Numbered from the stretch's first letter, positions 19,501 to 29,795 are shown. The stretch: 64,000 nt of DNA from Nodosilinea sp. (GCA_049317845.1 JBMOHM010000001.1:79860-143859); one strand, 5' to 3'. Notes: generated from the sequence alone by a model not told the origin. Program-made: numbers and translations.

Positions 19501-21253
19501 TTAACAGGCGAGCGTACTGAGGATGTTCTTCCAGCAGGTTGCCCCGCGCCCCCAATTGGGTAGTCAGGGACATCACCAGCCGTTCCCGTAGGGGATCAAT
19601 GGCCGGATTGGTAACCTGGGCAAAGCGCTGCTTAAAGTAGTCGTAGATCAGGTGGGGCTTTTCGGAGAGTACCGCCAGGGGTGCATCGTCCCCCATACAG
19701 TAGGTGGGCTCCTTCCCCTGGGCCGCCATATCCTGAATGATCATGTCTACGTCTTCGAGGGTATAGCCAAAGGCGTTCTGCTGACGCAGCAGATCGGCTT
19801 CCGTGTAGAAGGTAGAAGAGGCAAAGAGCTGAGGGGTAATCTCGGTACGATGCTGGTCCAGCCATTCCCCGTAGGGATGGCGAACGGCTACCCGTTGCTT
19901 AATGGTCCAATTTTTAAGGATTTCCTGGCCTTCTAGATCCACCAAAATCATCTGACCTGGCCCCAGGCGTCCCTTCTCGACAATCTCTTCGGGGGCCACC
20001 TGCAACACCCCGGCTTCGGAGGACACCATCAGCCGACCATCCCGAGTGATCACGTAACGGGCAGGACGCAGACCGTTGCGATCGAGGGCTGCGCCCACCT
20101 GGGTGCCATCGCTAAACACAATCAGGGCGGGGCCATCCCAGGGTTCCTGGAGACCACTGTAGTATTCGTAGAAGTCTGTAATTTCGGGATAGGGATCCAG
20201 GTCAGGCTGGTTGTTGTAAGCCTCGGGCACCATAATCATGAGGGCTTCCTGGGGAGTACGCCCCGATCGCACCAACAACTCCAGGACGTTATCCAGGTTG
20301 GCGGAGTCACTGTTTTCGAGCTTGACGATGGGCTTCAGCAGATCGAAGCGATCGCCCCACACCGGATTATTGAGATCGGCCTGGCGAGCCATCATCCAGT
20401 TAATATTGCCCACCAGGGTGTTAATTTCACCGTTGTGGCCTAGCAGTCGCATGGGATGGGCCAGGGGCCATTTGGGCATGGTATTGGTGCTGAACCGGCG
20501 ATGGTAAACCACAAAGGAACTAACGTAGTCCGGATGCCGCAGGTCATCGTAGAAGTTGGCTAGTACCGCCGATCGCACCATGCCCTTGTAGACAATCGTC
20601 CGGCTGGAGAAGGAACACATGTAGAATTCCCCCAGGGCCTGCATCTCTTGCTCGGAAATGCCCACCGGGTTGGCCAGTAGATCGGCCAGGGTTTGCAGTA
20701 CCCGCCGCCGTACCAGGTAGAGACAGCGCTCCAGGTCTTCCCCCTGGTTTGCCGAAGAGACCACGACAATTTGCTCGATCCGAGGCTGATACTGGCGGGC
20801 CAGAGCCCCCAATACTTCAGGATGAACGGGTACTAACCGCCAGCCCACCAGGTTGAGGCCCTCCGCCTCAACTACCTCGGCTAGAATTCCGCGCATTCGA
20901 TCAGCCGCAGGACCGTACTGGGGCAAAAACATCATGCCCACGGCGCTGCGATCGCAGGGCAGGGGGTCCAGATTTTGCTCCTCTGCCCATCCCCTAAAAA
21001 TTGCCCAGGGAATGGCCGTCATCACCCCGGCCCCGTCCCCCGAGTCCTGGTCAGCGCAGCATCCCCCCCGGTGCTCCATGCCCTCTAGGGCCGCCAAAGC
21101 CTGTTCCACCAACTGATGACTGGGGCGATTGTACTGATCGGCTAGAAAGCCCACACCACAGGCATCCCGCTCCTCTACCAATGAACTGGGGCCCCAATTG
21201 GGCCAGGGGGTAGGTAAATTAGGCAGTGGTTGGCCGCAATAATTCACTGACAT
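16577..21253 (-). CDS. glsF: ferredoxin-dependent glutamate synthase (Fd-GOGAT)
   Basis: 1558 aa, ERDACGVGF (N-terminal Cys after processing), [41 protein letters not shown] [3Fe-4S]. Confidence 0.96.
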   Translation of the reverse strand: MSVNYCGQPLPNLPTPWPNWGPSSLVEERDACGVGFLADQYNRPSHQLVEQALAALEGMEHRGGCCADQDSGDGAGVMTAIPWAIFRGWAEEQNLDPLPCDRSAVGMMFLPQYGPAADRMRGILAEVVEAEGLNLVGWRLVPVHPEVLGALARQYQPRIEQIVVVSSANQGEDLERCLYLVRRRVLQTLADLLANPVGISEQEMQALGEFYMCSFSSRTIVYKGMVRSAVLANFYDDLRHPDYVSSFVVYHRRFSTNTMPKWPLAHPMRLLGHNGEINTLVGNINWMMARQADLNNPVWGDRFDLLKPIVKLENSDSANLDNVLELLVRSGRTPQEALMIMVPEAYNNQPDLDPYPEITDFYEYYSGLQEPWDGPALIVFSDGTQVGAALDRNGLRPARYVITRDGRLMVSSEAGVLQVAPEEIVEKGRLGPGQMILVDLEGQEILKNWTIKQRVAVRHPYGEWLDQHRTEITPQLFASSTFYTEADLLRQQNAFGYTLEDVDMIIQDMAAQGKEPTYCMGDDAPLAVLSEKPHLIYDYFKQRFAQVTNPAIDPLRERLVMSLTTQLGARGNLLEEHPQYARLLKLESPVINEVELDLVQQSGFTAATLSTLYPLTTGPEGLAAAVAALCAAAAELVQAGNTILILSDRCSATGEVTPLSAEVTYIPPLLAVGAVHHHLIRHGLRMHTSLVVDTAQCWSTHHFACLIGYGASAVCPYLALESVRHWWSDSRTQKLMETDKLPVSTLNGAQDNYRQAVTAGLLKILSKMGISLITSYQGAQIFEAIGIGPDLLDLAFRGTTSRLGGLSLIDLAQETLAFHQRAFPELTAKRLQNMGFVQSRPSGEYHMNNPAMTKLLHKAVASRQYDHYELYRAQLKNRPLTALRDLLDITSDRPPIDLDRVESVEAIMGRFCTGGMSLGALSREAHEVLAIAMNRIGGKSNSGEGGEDPVRFQVLTDVDEAGNSPTFPHLQGLRNGDTASSAIKQVASGRFGVTPEYLIHAQQIEIKLAQGAKPGEGGQLPGKKVSPYIAMLRRSKAGVTLISPPPHHDIYSIEDLAQLIFDLHQINPRAGVSVKLVAEVGIGTVAAGVAKANADIIQVSGHDGGTGASPLSSIKHAGVSWELGLTEVHKVLMDNHLRDRVTLRVDGGLKTGWDVVMGALMGAEEFGFGSIAMIAEGCIMARVCHTNNCPVGVATQKPELRQRFPGVPEHVVNFFYYIAEEVRSLLAHLGYTHLIDIVGRADLLMPRQDACLSKTSSLDLSTLVNLPDVRRDRRWLVHETVHSNGPVLDDAILADGDIQRAIQTHGTVAKTFEVVNTDRTVGARLAGVIAENYGNNGFTGQINLTFQGTVGQSFGAFNLPGMGLTLVGEANDYVGKGMHGGELVVKPPAGITYDPSQNVIVGNTCLYGATGGSLYALGTAGERFAVRNSKAQAVIEGAGDHCCEYMTGGVVVVLGPVGRNVGAGMTGGLAYFLDEEGSFPTRVNPEIVKVQRVLTRTGEAQLKALITTHADHTGSPKAQLILSRWGEFLPQFWQVVPPSEADSPEANPPSAEKVLSSA

Positions 21254-21433
21254 AGATTTCAGAGCTCAGGGACGCAAGGGTAAATCAGGTACTTTACAGA
21301 CTAGCTCATTCCCAGGACGGGTGGCCCCTGAGCATTGTTTCCATTTCGTAATATTCCCTTGCCTCGCCCATGGGCTCAGCCCTATAATCATCACCGCTAA
21401 CCCAAAAGCACTTAACAACTCCAGACAATAGCC

Positions 21434-21772
21434 ATGATTAAAACCCTAAGTTTACTGCTGACCCTGGTGATCACCATCTTCACCCTGGGCTTTGCCCCAA
21501 GGGCTGAAGCCGCTAACCTGGACCATGGCCGCCAGATTTTTGCTAATAATTGTGCTTCCTGCCATATTGGCGGCGGTAACGTGGTGAATCCAGGTAAAAC
21601 CCTAAAGCAAGCTGACCTGACCGCCAATCAAAGGGATACGGTGGAGGCTATTATCACCCAGGTCACTAAGGGCGGTGGCGGTATGGCTGCTTTTGCAGGG
21701 CGATTAAAAGACGAAGATATTGCCGATGTAGCAGCCTATGTTCTCAGTCAGGCCGCTAATGACTGGAAGTAA
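21434..21772 (+). CDS. petJ: cytochrome c6
   Basis: Signal peptide ending AEA, CASCH heme motif, KTL motif, axial Met in GGGGMAAF. Confidence 0.9.
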   Translation: MIKTLSLLLTLVITIFTLGFAPRAEAANLDHGRQIFANNCASCHIGGGNVVNPGKTLKQADLTANQRDTVEAIITQVTKGGGGMAAFAGRLKDEDIADVAAYVLSQAANDWK

Positions 21773-21928
21773 CTGGGCTAGATTGAGCCCATGTTGCTAA
21801 GGGCTAAGCTCTAAAGCTTTACCGGATGTCTTGAGCTAAATGGCTAAAGCTATAAATAGACTTTTCAAAGGCCCTAGCCACCCCATTTCCGGTGGCTAGG
21901 GTTATATTTCCATAAGTATGCTGCTTCC

Positions 21929-22795
21929 GTGTACCCCCTGAGGTTAACCATGGCTAAGGCAATTACCCCCAGCAATTTCCATTTTCTCTGGTCAAGGCCC
22001 TTATTAGTACTTCTGTCGGGCTTTCTGATCTGGGTTCTGGGGTTGGGCTTGATGCTAGAGCCCATAGCCCATGCCAGTTCGATAACTGCCTGGCAACTAG
22101 GGGATCGGTGTGTAGTCGATCTGGAATCAGACCATTATCAAGAAGCCGTGGTGGATTGTGACCGGGCCATTACCCTGGACCCTAAAAACTTTATCTACCA
22201 TCTCAACCGGGGATTGGCCCTGTATCGCCAGGGTAACTATTCCCAAGCGCTGATGGCGATCGATGTGGCGGTGGGGCTGGAGGGGCAGGACTACCAGGGT
22301 TACTATAACCGCGGACTGGTGCAGGTTGCCCTGCACGACTTTAGTGCGGCGATCTCCGACTTTGACCAGGCCCTAGCCCTGGTCAGCCACGTCGAGAATC
22401 TGCCCCAGGTATTGGTGAATATCTACGATGACCGGGGTCTGGCCCGTCTGATGAACCATCAAGAGGCAGCCGCGATCGCTGACTTCGATCGAGCTCTGGC
22501 GCTGGACAACACAGACATTCGAGCCCTGTTTAACCGGGGTTGTGCCTGTCACCAGATGGGCCATTGGGCAGAAGCCATGAAGGACCTCAACCAGGTTTTA
22601 AGCCTCGATCCCAGCCATGCCCGCACCTACCTGAAGCGCGGTCTCCTACGCCGGTCCCTGGGGGATGAGCAGGGGGCTCTGGCAGATCTGCAACAGGCGG
22701 CGGACTGTGCCAGGGTACAGGGACAACCCTACCTGTACCACCATATTCTTACCCTGATGAATGCCTGGCAACAGCCGGTGGTTTCTATCGGGTAA
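21929..22795 (+). CDS. tetratricopeptide repeat protein
   Basis: Multiple NRG/DRG..A..D(F/L)..A+.L.P TPR units after a hydrophobic N-terminal segment. Confidence 0.9.
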   Translation: MYPLRLTMAKAITPSNFHFLWSRPLLVLLSGFLIWVLGLGLMLEPIAHASSITAWQLGDRCVVDLESDHYQEAVVDCDRAITLDPKNFIYHLNRGLALYRQGNYSQALMAIDVAVGLEGQDYQGYYNRGLVQVALHDFSAAISDFDQALALVSHVENLPQVLVNIYDDRGLARLMNHQEAAAIADFDRALALDNTDIRALFNRGCACHQMGHWAEAMKDLNQVLSLDPSHARTYLKRGLLRRSLGDEQGALADLQQAADCARVQGQPYLYHHILTLMNAWQQPVVSIG

Positions 22796-22921
22796 ATCTG
22801 CCTTGGTTTGAAGCTGGCATGATCTACCTAAGATACCTGGGAAAATGGGTCTAGGCCGTTCGTGTTCGCACCATCCAGCAAACACCCGAAACCGTTGAAC
22901 CCACCGAAGGTTAAACACACC

Positions 22922-23521
22922 ATGACCCAGGCCCTTGAACAACGTACCTATACCCGTGAAGAATATCTGGACTTTGAACTGGCTGCGGAAGAACGTCATG
23001 AATATGTGAACGGAGAAATTCGACTCATGACCGGAGGCACACCTGACCACAATGAATTGGTCATTAACCTTGCGGCTCTGCTCAAATCTACCTTGCGAGG
23101 CAAGCCCTATCGTATTTTTGCCACCGATCAACGGCTGTGGATTCCCGATCGCAATTTTTATACCTATCCCGATGTCATGGTTATCGAAAAACCCTTGCAG
23201 CCTCAAACCGGGCGTACCGATACTGTGACCAATCCCTGCTTTATTGCTGAAGTGCTATCCAAATCAACCCAAGATTACGATCACGGCGAGAAGTTTTCTG
23301 CTTACCGTACCGTTGAAAGCTTCCGCGAATATCTTCTGATCGATCAGTACCAAATCCACGTAGAACACTACGTCAAAACCGCTACTAATCAATGGCTGCT
23401 ATCGGAATACAACACCCCCAATACCCTATTGGCTTTAAACGTATTTGCAGCTCAAATTAAAATCGTTGATCTCTACGAAAACATTGATCTGGATACCCAT
23501 AGCTTTGGCCAGAACCCTTAG
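22922..23521 (+). CDS. Uma2-family (DUF820) PD-(D/E)xK endonuclease-like protein
   Basis: YTREEYL...ERHEYVNGEI, YPDVMV, EVLSKST..YD.GEKF..Y; ATG 22922 preferred to 22862. Confidence 0.92.
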   Translation: MTQALEQRTYTREEYLDFELAAEERHEYVNGEIRLMTGGTPDHNELVINLAALLKSTLRGKPYRIFATDQRLWIPDRNFYTYPDVMVIEKPLQPQTGRTDTVTNPCFIAEVLSKSTQDYDHGEKFSAYRTVESFREYLLIDQYQIHVEHYVKTATNQWLLSEYNTPNTLLALNVFAAQIKIVDLYENIDLDTHSFGQNP

Positions 23522-23537
23522 GTGAGGGTTAACGCCA

Positions 23538-24233
23538 TCAGGGTAGGACAAAGCCCTTGAGTTCTTCTACATAGCTCTTGGTTAAACTGTCAATGCCGGT
23601 GATGGCCGTACCTACCACCACCGCATAGGCACCTAAATTTAAAGCCTGTAACGCCTGGGCCGGAGAGGCAACACCGCCCTCGCAGATGACGGGTACGGGA
23701 CAGCAATCCACCAGGGCTGCGAGTAGGTCTAGCCCGGGGGGAGTCTGATGTTGGGTCGCCTGCGTATAGCCAAACAGGGTCGTACCAACGCAGTCGGCAC
23801 CAGCTTCCACCGCTTTTAGGGCATTTTCCAGGGTATCAATGTCGGCCATGACCGGTTGGCCCAATTGCTGATGAATCTGACCGATGAGTTCCGGCAGGGT
23901 TTCACCCCCTGGTCGAGGTCGATCGGTAGCATCGATCGCTATTAACTGGCTACCCGCCGCTGCGACGGCGGCGGCATGGTGGAACTGGGGGGTGATATAC
24001 ACCGGTGAAGGAGGCAAGACCTGTTTCCATAGGCCAATAATGGGCTGACTCAGCCGCGATCGCACCGCCTCGATATGACTGGGACTATCAATTCGTACCC
24101 CCATCGCCCCCTGCCGAACAGCGGCCTCCGCCATGGCGGCAATCACCCCGGGGTGATGGAGAGGAGACTCCACGGGGGCCTGACAGGATACGATGAGGCC
24201 GCCCCGTAGACACTCTAAAGTGGGATGTACCAT
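23538..24233 (-). CDS. nanE: N-acetylmannosamine-6-phosphate 2-epimerase
   Basis: GLIVSCQA, PIIGLWK, YITP, GTTLFGYT, VVVGTAIT motifs. Confidence 0.92.
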   Translation of the reverse strand: MVHPTLECLRGGLIVSCQAPVESPLHHPGVIAAMAEAAVRQGAMGVRIDSPSHIEAVRSRLSQPIIGLWKQVLPPSPVYITPQFHHAAAVAAAGSQLIAIDATDRPRPGGETLPELIGQIHQQLGQPVMADIDTLENALKAVEAGADCVGTTLFGYTQATQHQTPPGLDLLAALVDCCPVPVICEGGVASPAQALQALNLGAYAVVVGTAITGIDSLTKSYVEELKGFVLP

Positions 24234-24237
24234 GGTT

Positions 24238-24942
24238 CTATACCCCCGTGGGCCGGGATGGCCAGGCAGGATCGAGGATTAATTCACGGGCTGCCTCCAC
24301 CAGATCTACTGGGGATGTGGTGTCCTTCAGGTAGGGCAGAACTCCCAGCACCGGTACCTGAGTGAATCGGCTAATCAGGGCACTAGGAGCCCACTGTTCT
24401 ATCTCCTGGGCTGTACGGGGTTGGTTGCAGTTTAGAATGATGCCCCGCAGATTGAGTCCTTCTTGACGGGCTAGGGCTGCATTGGCGATCGCCTGGGCGA
24501 TCGCCCCTAACTTTACCGCCACCACCAGGACTACCGGCAGTCTCCAGAGACCAGCCAGGGCCGCCAGGGTGAGTTCATCGGTAACCGGCGAACCTAATCC
24601 TCCCAGCCCCTCCACCAATACCCAGTCATGGGCTTGTTGCAAGCTCCTCAAAGCTTGCCAGACCCGATCGAGATCCACCTGGCGATTTTCCAGGGCCGCG
24701 GCCAGGGGAGGGGCCAAAGGAGCGGCAAAGGCTTGGGGCACAATAGCGGAGATCGGTAGGTCGGGGAAAAAAAGCCGCTGGTAAAGTTCTCCATCTCCCA
24801 CCCCCGACTGGATAGGCTTGAGCAGGCCCAGCGATCGCTGGGGAAAGGAATGGCGATAGTAGGCCAAAAGGGCGCTGGTAACCACAGTTTTACCGACCTC
24901 TGTATCGGTGCCAGCAATCAGCAGGGCGTTCAAGCTTACCAT
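24238..24942 (-). CDS. bioD: dethiobiotin synthase
   Basis: GTDTEVGKT P-loop, KPIQSG, PLAPPLAA, VEGLGGLGSP. Confidence 0.93.
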   Translation of the reverse strand: MVSLNALLIAGTDTEVGKTVVTSALLAYYRHSFPQRSLGLLKPIQSGVGDGELYQRLFFPDLPISAIVPQAFAAPLAPPLAAALENRQVDLDRVWQALRSLQQAHDWVLVEGLGGLGSPVTDELTLAALAGLWRLPVVLVVAVKLGAIAQAIANAALARQEGLNLRGIILNCNQPRTAQEIEQWAPSALISRFTQVPVLGVLPYLKDTTSPVDLVEAARELILDPAWPSRPTGV

Positions 24943-24943
24943 C

Positions 24944-26824
24944 CTAATTTATCGTTACTTGCAGGGTATAGTCCGATGACCGAAGAGACGTCACATCGAT
25001 AGTGTAATCCCCATCCTGGCTGAGCTGCCCCTGCCATGAGATCACCCTGGAGGCATCGGGAATTAATTCGCCCCCAGGCCCCCGAATGTCGAAGGTGACT
25101 GGACCCGTTACCTTGGGCAGGTCCAGCGTCATGGTTTGCCCCGCTCGGGCATTCACCACATAGCGCCGCCCCTGTTCAGGGTTCACCTGCCCAGCCACCA
25201 GCACCCTGGCCTGACCTGGGGGAATCTGGACCCGTTGTTCGGTCATAGTGGGTTTAGGGGTGGGGTTGGGCGGGGGAGTGGAAGGAGACTCCCCGGCTGG
25301 GGGGGAGGTTGGGGGCGAAGGGGCTGGGGCAGAACTAAGACTGGCCTCCAGTTGATAGTTACTCTGACTCAGTCCCTGGACTGGGCGCAGTTGCACGGTG
25401 TACTCACCGCTATTGGGCAGACTCCCTTGCCAGCTTAAGACCCGCTGAGCTGATGGATCCAGTGGCGAACCCTGGCCATCTAAGACCGTTAGTAAAACCC
25501 CTTCTCCCGATAGACCGACCTTGAGTATCTGGCCAGCCTCGCCCTGTAATTTATAGTTGACTGTTTCATTGTTACGCAGGGAACCGGATAGGGTTTTACT
25601 TTGACCAAGACTGATGGGCAGGGTTTGATCGTAGCTCACCGGTTCGGTAGCCGGGGCCGGGGTAGGTTGGGAGGGGGAAACGGGGGCAGGCTGGGTCGGT
25701 TCGACACTGATTTCAGGGGTCGGTGTCGGCTTGTCCATCGGGCGGTTTAATAGGGTTACGGCCAGCCAGCCTCCCAGACCAGCTAGTAGAACCAGAATCC
25801 CTCCGATCGCCGTCACCGCCCAGGGATTTTCCCAAACCGATTCAGACTCTACCGGTGGTTGGGGTGTCCCCCTGGGGCTCGGGTAGGAGGGTGGGGCCGT
25901 TACCTGGGTGGGTTGGTAAGCCCGGCCTACGGCTACGGTCTTTACCTGGGAAACGGGGGGAACCGGAGGCCGGGCTAGGGGTTGGCTGGTGGTTACAGTC
26001 CCCAAAGCCTGGGCCATCTCACTCACCGATTGGTAGCGATCGCCGGGCCGGTAACTAATTGCCCGGTTTAGCACCTGGGCCAAGCCTGGGCTTACCCTGG
26101 CGAAAGCTTCCCATTTCCAGGTCAGGTTAACATCGTCGAAGAGGACCTGGGGCTCTTTTCCGGTCAGCAAAACGATAGCGGTCACCGCCAGGGCATAGAG
26201 GTCGCTGCTGGGGTAGGCTCGTCCCGACTGCATTTGTTCGCTGGGCGCATAGCCCAACTTACCCACAGAGGTGGCGTGGGTGGGTACAGCTAGCATCTGC
26301 ACCCGACTAAAGACTTCCTTGACCACGCCAAAATCAATGAGCATGGGCAGCTGATCGCTGTGGCGCTGCAAAATATTATCAGGGCTAATATCCCGATGAA
26401 TAATGCCCTTACTATGGATATGGGCCAATACCGGCAGCATTTGCTGTAAAAACTGTCGTACCTCCGCCTCGGAAAAAGTCATTCCCTGGGCTAGACGCTG
26501 GTTCAAAAGATCGTGGTAGCTGGTGCCATCAATATAGTCCTGGACCAGGAAAAGACGCTGATTTTCCTCAAAGATTGCCTGAAATTTGGGAATTTGAGGG
26601 TGATCGATACTGTAGAGAATGGTAGCCTCGCGCTGAAAGAGCTGCAAGGACTTTTCTGTCATCCCATTTTCCTGTTGGGGTTCAAATTCCTTAATGGCGC
26701 AGGACTCGTTAAAGCGCCCCAGATCCTCACCCCGGTAGGTGCGGCCAAAGCCTCCCTGGCCCAGGAGTTGCAAGATACGATAACGATTTTGCAGAGTGGT
26801 TCCAGCGGGAATAGAGGATGGCAT
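24944..26824 (-). CDS. Hanks-type (Pkn2) Ser/Thr protein kinase with one TM helix and two C-terminal beta-rich repeats
   Basis: GQGGFG, AIKE, HRDISPDN, DFG, GYAPSEQ; TM AIGGILVLLAGLGGWLAVTLL; two SWQG.L...G.Y.+.+ domains. Confidence 0.93.
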   Translation of the reverse strand: MPSSIPAGTTLQNRYRILQLLGQGGFGRTYRGEDLGRFNESCAIKEFEPQQENGMTEKSLQLFQREATILYSIDHPQIPKFQAIFEENQRLFLVQDYIDGTSYHDLLNQRLAQGMTFSEAEVRQFLQQMLPVLAHIHSKGIIHRDISPDNILQRHSDQLPMLIDFGVVKEVFSRVQMLAVPTHATSVGKLGYAPSEQMQSGRAYPSSDLYALAVTAIVLLTGKEPQVLFDDVNLTWKWEAFARVSPGLAQVLNRAISYRPGDRYQSVSEMAQALGTVTTSQPLARPPVPPVSQVKTVAVGRAYQPTQVTAPPSYPSPRGTPQPPVESESVWENPWAVTAIGGILVLLAGLGGWLAVTLLNRPMDKPTPTPEISVEPTQPAPVSPSQPTPAPATEPVSYDQTLPISLGQSKTLSGSLRNNETVNYKLQGEAGQILKVGLSGEGVLLTVLDGQGSPLDPSAQRVLSWQGSLPNSGEYTVQLRPVQGLSQSNYQLEASLSSAPAPSPPTSPPAGESPSTPPPNPTPKPTMTEQRVQIPPGQARVLVAGQVNPEQGRRYVVNARAGQTMTLDLPKVTGPVTFDIRGPGGELIPDASRVISWQGQLSQDGDYTIDVTSLRSSDYTLQVTIN

Positions 26825-27014
26825 GGCTTTACATCAGCAATGGCGGATTCATTCTACCGTACTGTCAATTCACCTCACCACGATGGCGATTTGCCCGAAC
26901 CGGAGTCTAGGGGATGGATAGAGGGAGGATCTCCACTGGAATCTGGGTTAGGGGTCTGCCACAATGGGTCAGGATCCACAGATTTTCTTTGCGGTCTTAG
27001 AGAGGCACATTACC

Positions 27015-28523
27015 ATGGCGGTCAAACAGCCTATTTTAATTGGTGGCCTGGGGTTATCAGTTACCCTGGGATTGCTGCAAACGATGCACCTTAGCATTAT
27101 AGATAGTTCTACCCTGCTCAGCGCCATAGCCCTGGGTGCCGGGGTATGGTGGTGGCACCGCCGCGATCACCCCCCCAGCCCGCCTCGCCCCATTGCCCCA
27201 CCAGTGGTAGACCGGCAGCGGGTAGAATCGGAGATCTCCCGTCTCCAACCGCTGATCCAAAGCCTGGAGCAGGAAATGGCCGCCATGCCATCCCCACTCC
27301 AGCCTATTGCCTTACCCCTACCCTACCAACAGCAATGCCAGGCCATTCTAGCTGACTTAGATCGGCAGGAACTGCGGGTGGCGGTGGTGGGCGATCGCCA
27401 CAGTGGCAAAACCAGTCTAATCCAAGCCCTAACAACCCACCCCACCATCGCCAGGGCAAATTTTCACTTTGAGGAAATCAGTTTTACCGGTGATTGCCCA
27501 GCCCCCGATCTCCTGGAGCAAGACGCCCTTGTGCTGCTCACCACAACGGACCTCACCCGATCCACCTTCAGTTGGCTGCAGCAGCGCCTGTTATCGGGGC
27601 AATCGGGGGTGCTGGTGTTTAGTAAAATCGATCACCATGGCCCCGGCGATCGGCAAACCCTGATCACCCAGTTACAGCGGTGGGCCACCCAACTGCCTCT
27701 ACCTATACCGGTAGTGCCGGTTGCGGTTAACCCCCGGGCCACCAAGGTGCGCCGTCACCAGGAAGATGGCACCATCACAGAAAATCTGGAGCCCACTCCG
27801 CCGGTGCTCGATCCCCTGCCCAGGGTACTGCAGGAAACCCTGGAGACCAGCCCACTGGTGGTGGCCACTAACCTGCGTCGAGCCCAGACCCTGGGCCAGC
27901 AGGTCCAAACTACCCTTAACCAGGTACGACGCCAGGTGGCCCTGCCCCAAATCGATCAACTACAGTGGGTGGCAGGGGCTACGGCCTTTGCCAATCCAGT
28001 GCCCAGCCTTGATCTGCTGGCCACCCTGGCGATTAATGCCCAACTCATTATCAACCTGGGCCAGATTTATGGATTCAACCTTTCTCTCGACCAGGCCAGG
28101 GTGGCGGCCAGTAGTCTGGCCAGCTTAACGGTTAAGCTAGGGCTGGTGGAACTCTCTACCCAGGCTCTCACCGCTGTACTGAAAAGCCATTTTGCCACCT
28201 ATCTGGCGGGGGGTATGGTCCAGGGTTTGGGAGCCGCCTACCTGACCCGCATGGCTGGCCTGAGCTTGATTGACTATTTTGAGCAGGCAGCCCTAGCTGG
28301 TACCCCTACTACCGCTTTATCGTGGGAGGCGATCGCCCACCACTTACAGGAGGTGATTTTGCAAAATCGCCAGGTCAGCTTCCTGCAAACCCTGATTAAA
28401 CAGGGTGTTCCTATCCTGAGCCCCAGTTCTATCCAGGTATCCCTGCCTGCCCATGGGGCCCACCCGCCGACTCCGATCATCCTGGAACAGGAGATCAAAT
28501 CAGCCAGTTCTACAGATCCATAA
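27015..28523 (+). CDS. YcjF/DUF697-family protein with degenerate P-loop
   Basis: VVGDRHSGKTS, C-terminal AFANPVPSLDLLA...QLI..LG.IY typical of DUF697; ATG 27015 preferred. Confidence 0.78.
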   Translation: MAVKQPILIGGLGLSVTLGLLQTMHLSIIDSSTLLSAIALGAGVWWWHRRDHPPSPPRPIAPPVVDRQRVESEISRLQPLIQSLEQEMAAMPSPLQPIALPLPYQQQCQAILADLDRQELRVAVVGDRHSGKTSLIQALTTHPTIARANFHFEEISFTGDCPAPDLLEQDALVLLTTTDLTRSTFSWLQQRLLSGQSGVLVFSKIDHHGPGDRQTLITQLQRWATQLPLPIPVVPVAVNPRATKVRRHQEDGTITENLEPTPPVLDPLPRVLQETLETSPLVVATNLRRAQTLGQQVQTTLNQVRRQVALPQIDQLQWVAGATAFANPVPSLDLLATLAINAQLIINLGQIYGFNLSLDQARVAASSLASLTVKLGLVELSTQALTAVLKSHFATYLAGGMVQGLGAAYLTRMAGLSLIDYFEQAALAGTPTTALSWEAIAHHLQEVILQNRQVSFLQTLIKQGVPILSPSSIQVSLPAHGAHPPTPIILEQEIKSASSTDP

Positions 28524-28539
28524 TCCGTTGAATCAGGGC

Positions 28540-28788
28540 CTAACTGTCGGTTGGCTGAAATTCAATATGGTTGATCAGGGTAGTCACAAAGGCAAATAGC
28601 AAAAAGGGTAGGGACAATACTAAAATCAGGCCAACTGTAGCCAGGGCGAAAATGGGCTGACGAGCTCCCATTAGGGCGAGAGAGGCCGCTAGACTAATCA
28701 ATAAAATGACTAGCCAGGCAATTATCTGGCCGTAAATGTCACCAAAGGTGAGGGTGCATCGAAAACGATATTGGGTGGCAGGCTCCAT
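28540..28788 (-). CDS. small conserved cyanobacterial membrane protein
   Basis: 82 aa, YRFRCTLTFGDIYGQII followed by two hydrophobic helices. Confidence 0.8.
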   Translation of the reverse strand: MEPATQYRFRCTLTFGDIYGQIIAWLVILLISLAASLALMGARQPIFALATVGLILVLSLPFLLFAFVTTLINHIEFQPTDS

Positions 28789-28935
28789 GGCTCACTCTCT
28801 TGATAGCAGTTGCAACGGGATAGTAAGTCTCAGCATATCGGTAGAGCCTCTAACCCTGGCTTTTCTAAATATTTCCACAAGACTTGCAATAAAATGTTGC
28901 ATTCTCTCCTCTGGCTGGGAGCCTGGACCAACCCC

Positions 28936-28985
28936 ATAGCCGTAGCCAAGTTGACGGCACAGAGGCGAGCCAGAACCCTTACCCA
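28936..28985 (+). repeat. dispersed repeat family A, copy
   Basis: ATAGCCGTAGCCAAGTTGACGGCACAGAGGCGAGCCAGAACCCTTACCCA. Confidence 0.75.
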
Positions 28986-29058
28986 GTATTGGCTGTCACC
29001 GTTTCAATCGGTCCCTAGAGTTCTGGCCAAAGCTATATATATTCGGAAGGTATCGCCT

Positions 29059-29640
29059 GTGGATTACCAATATTTGCTGTTTTACAAGCCCTATAACGTT
29101 TTAAGCCAGTTTACTCCGGGTCATTCTGGCAGCGATGCTCTGACCCTGGGGGATTTTATTCCCGTAGCTGAAGTTTATCCCGTTGGTCGTCTAGACCAAG
29201 ATAGCGAAGGTCTCATGCTCCTAACGAATGATGGTAGGGTGCAACATCGCCTCAGTCACCCTCGCTACGGGCATAGCCGCACCTACTGGGTCCAGGTGGA
29301 GGGCATTCCCTCCAGCCAGGCGTTGGTAGAACTACGTCAGGGAGTAAGAATTAAGGACTATCAAACTCGCCCCTGCCAGGTCGCCCTGGTCCCTAGCGAT
29401 CCTCCCTTGCCGCCCCGCGTACCACCGATTCGGTATCGCCAGCATATTCCTACGACCTGGTTAACCATGACCCTCCAGGAAGGCAAAAACCGGCAGGTGA
29501 GACGGATGACCGCCGCAGTGGGATACCCGACTCTCCGCCTGGTACGTCAGGCCATAGCTGGCTTAACCCTGGATCAACTATGCCCCGGTGATTGGCGTTA
29601 TTTAACAGCCCGGGAACGGGCCCACATTCAAAAGCTTTAG
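29059..29640 (+). CDS. RsuA/RluE-family pseudouridine synthase
   Basis: YLLFYKPY, PVGRLDQDSEGLMLLTNDG (catalytic Asp present), EGKNRQVRRM; GTG 29059 preferred since the upstream in-frame part is repeat DNA. Confidence 0.92.
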   Translation: MDYQYLLFYKPYNVLSQFTPGHSGSDALTLGDFIPVAEVYPVGRLDQDSEGLMLLTNDGRVQHRLSHPRYGHSRTYWVQVEGIPSSQALVELRQGVRIKDYQTRPCQVALVPSDPPLPPRVPPIRYRQHIPTTWLTMTLQEGKNRQVRRMTAAVGYPTLRLVRQAIAGLTLDQLCPGDWRYLTARERAHIQKL

Positions 29641-29795
29641 CGCTGATCCTGGCCCCATGGCTCAACCAGGTAGTAGGCTCCCTATGGGTTCGATCCGGGC
29701 ACCGATCCTCACCGAGGATGGGGCGATCCCATGATCTACAGGGCAGGGCTCGTGTTTATAATTGTTTACATATAAGTTATTCAGATTCTAACCCC

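Noticed and set aside
14338-21213. Many 60-300-aa ORFs overlapping nrdJ and glsF (e.g. 15176-16090, 16931-17428)
   Set aside because: Shadow ORFs of GC-rich coding strands with no recognisable motifs; the same applies to those overlapping ftsH, the ATPase, yidC and the kinase
21280-21292. NtcA-like site upstream of glsF
   Set aside because: Spacing is GTA-N7-TAC, not the canonical GTA-N8-TAC
28810-29058. 83-aa N-terminal extension of the RluE-like ORF
   Set aside because: Encoded by intergenic repeat A and B copies; homologous proteins start near VDYQYLLFYKP
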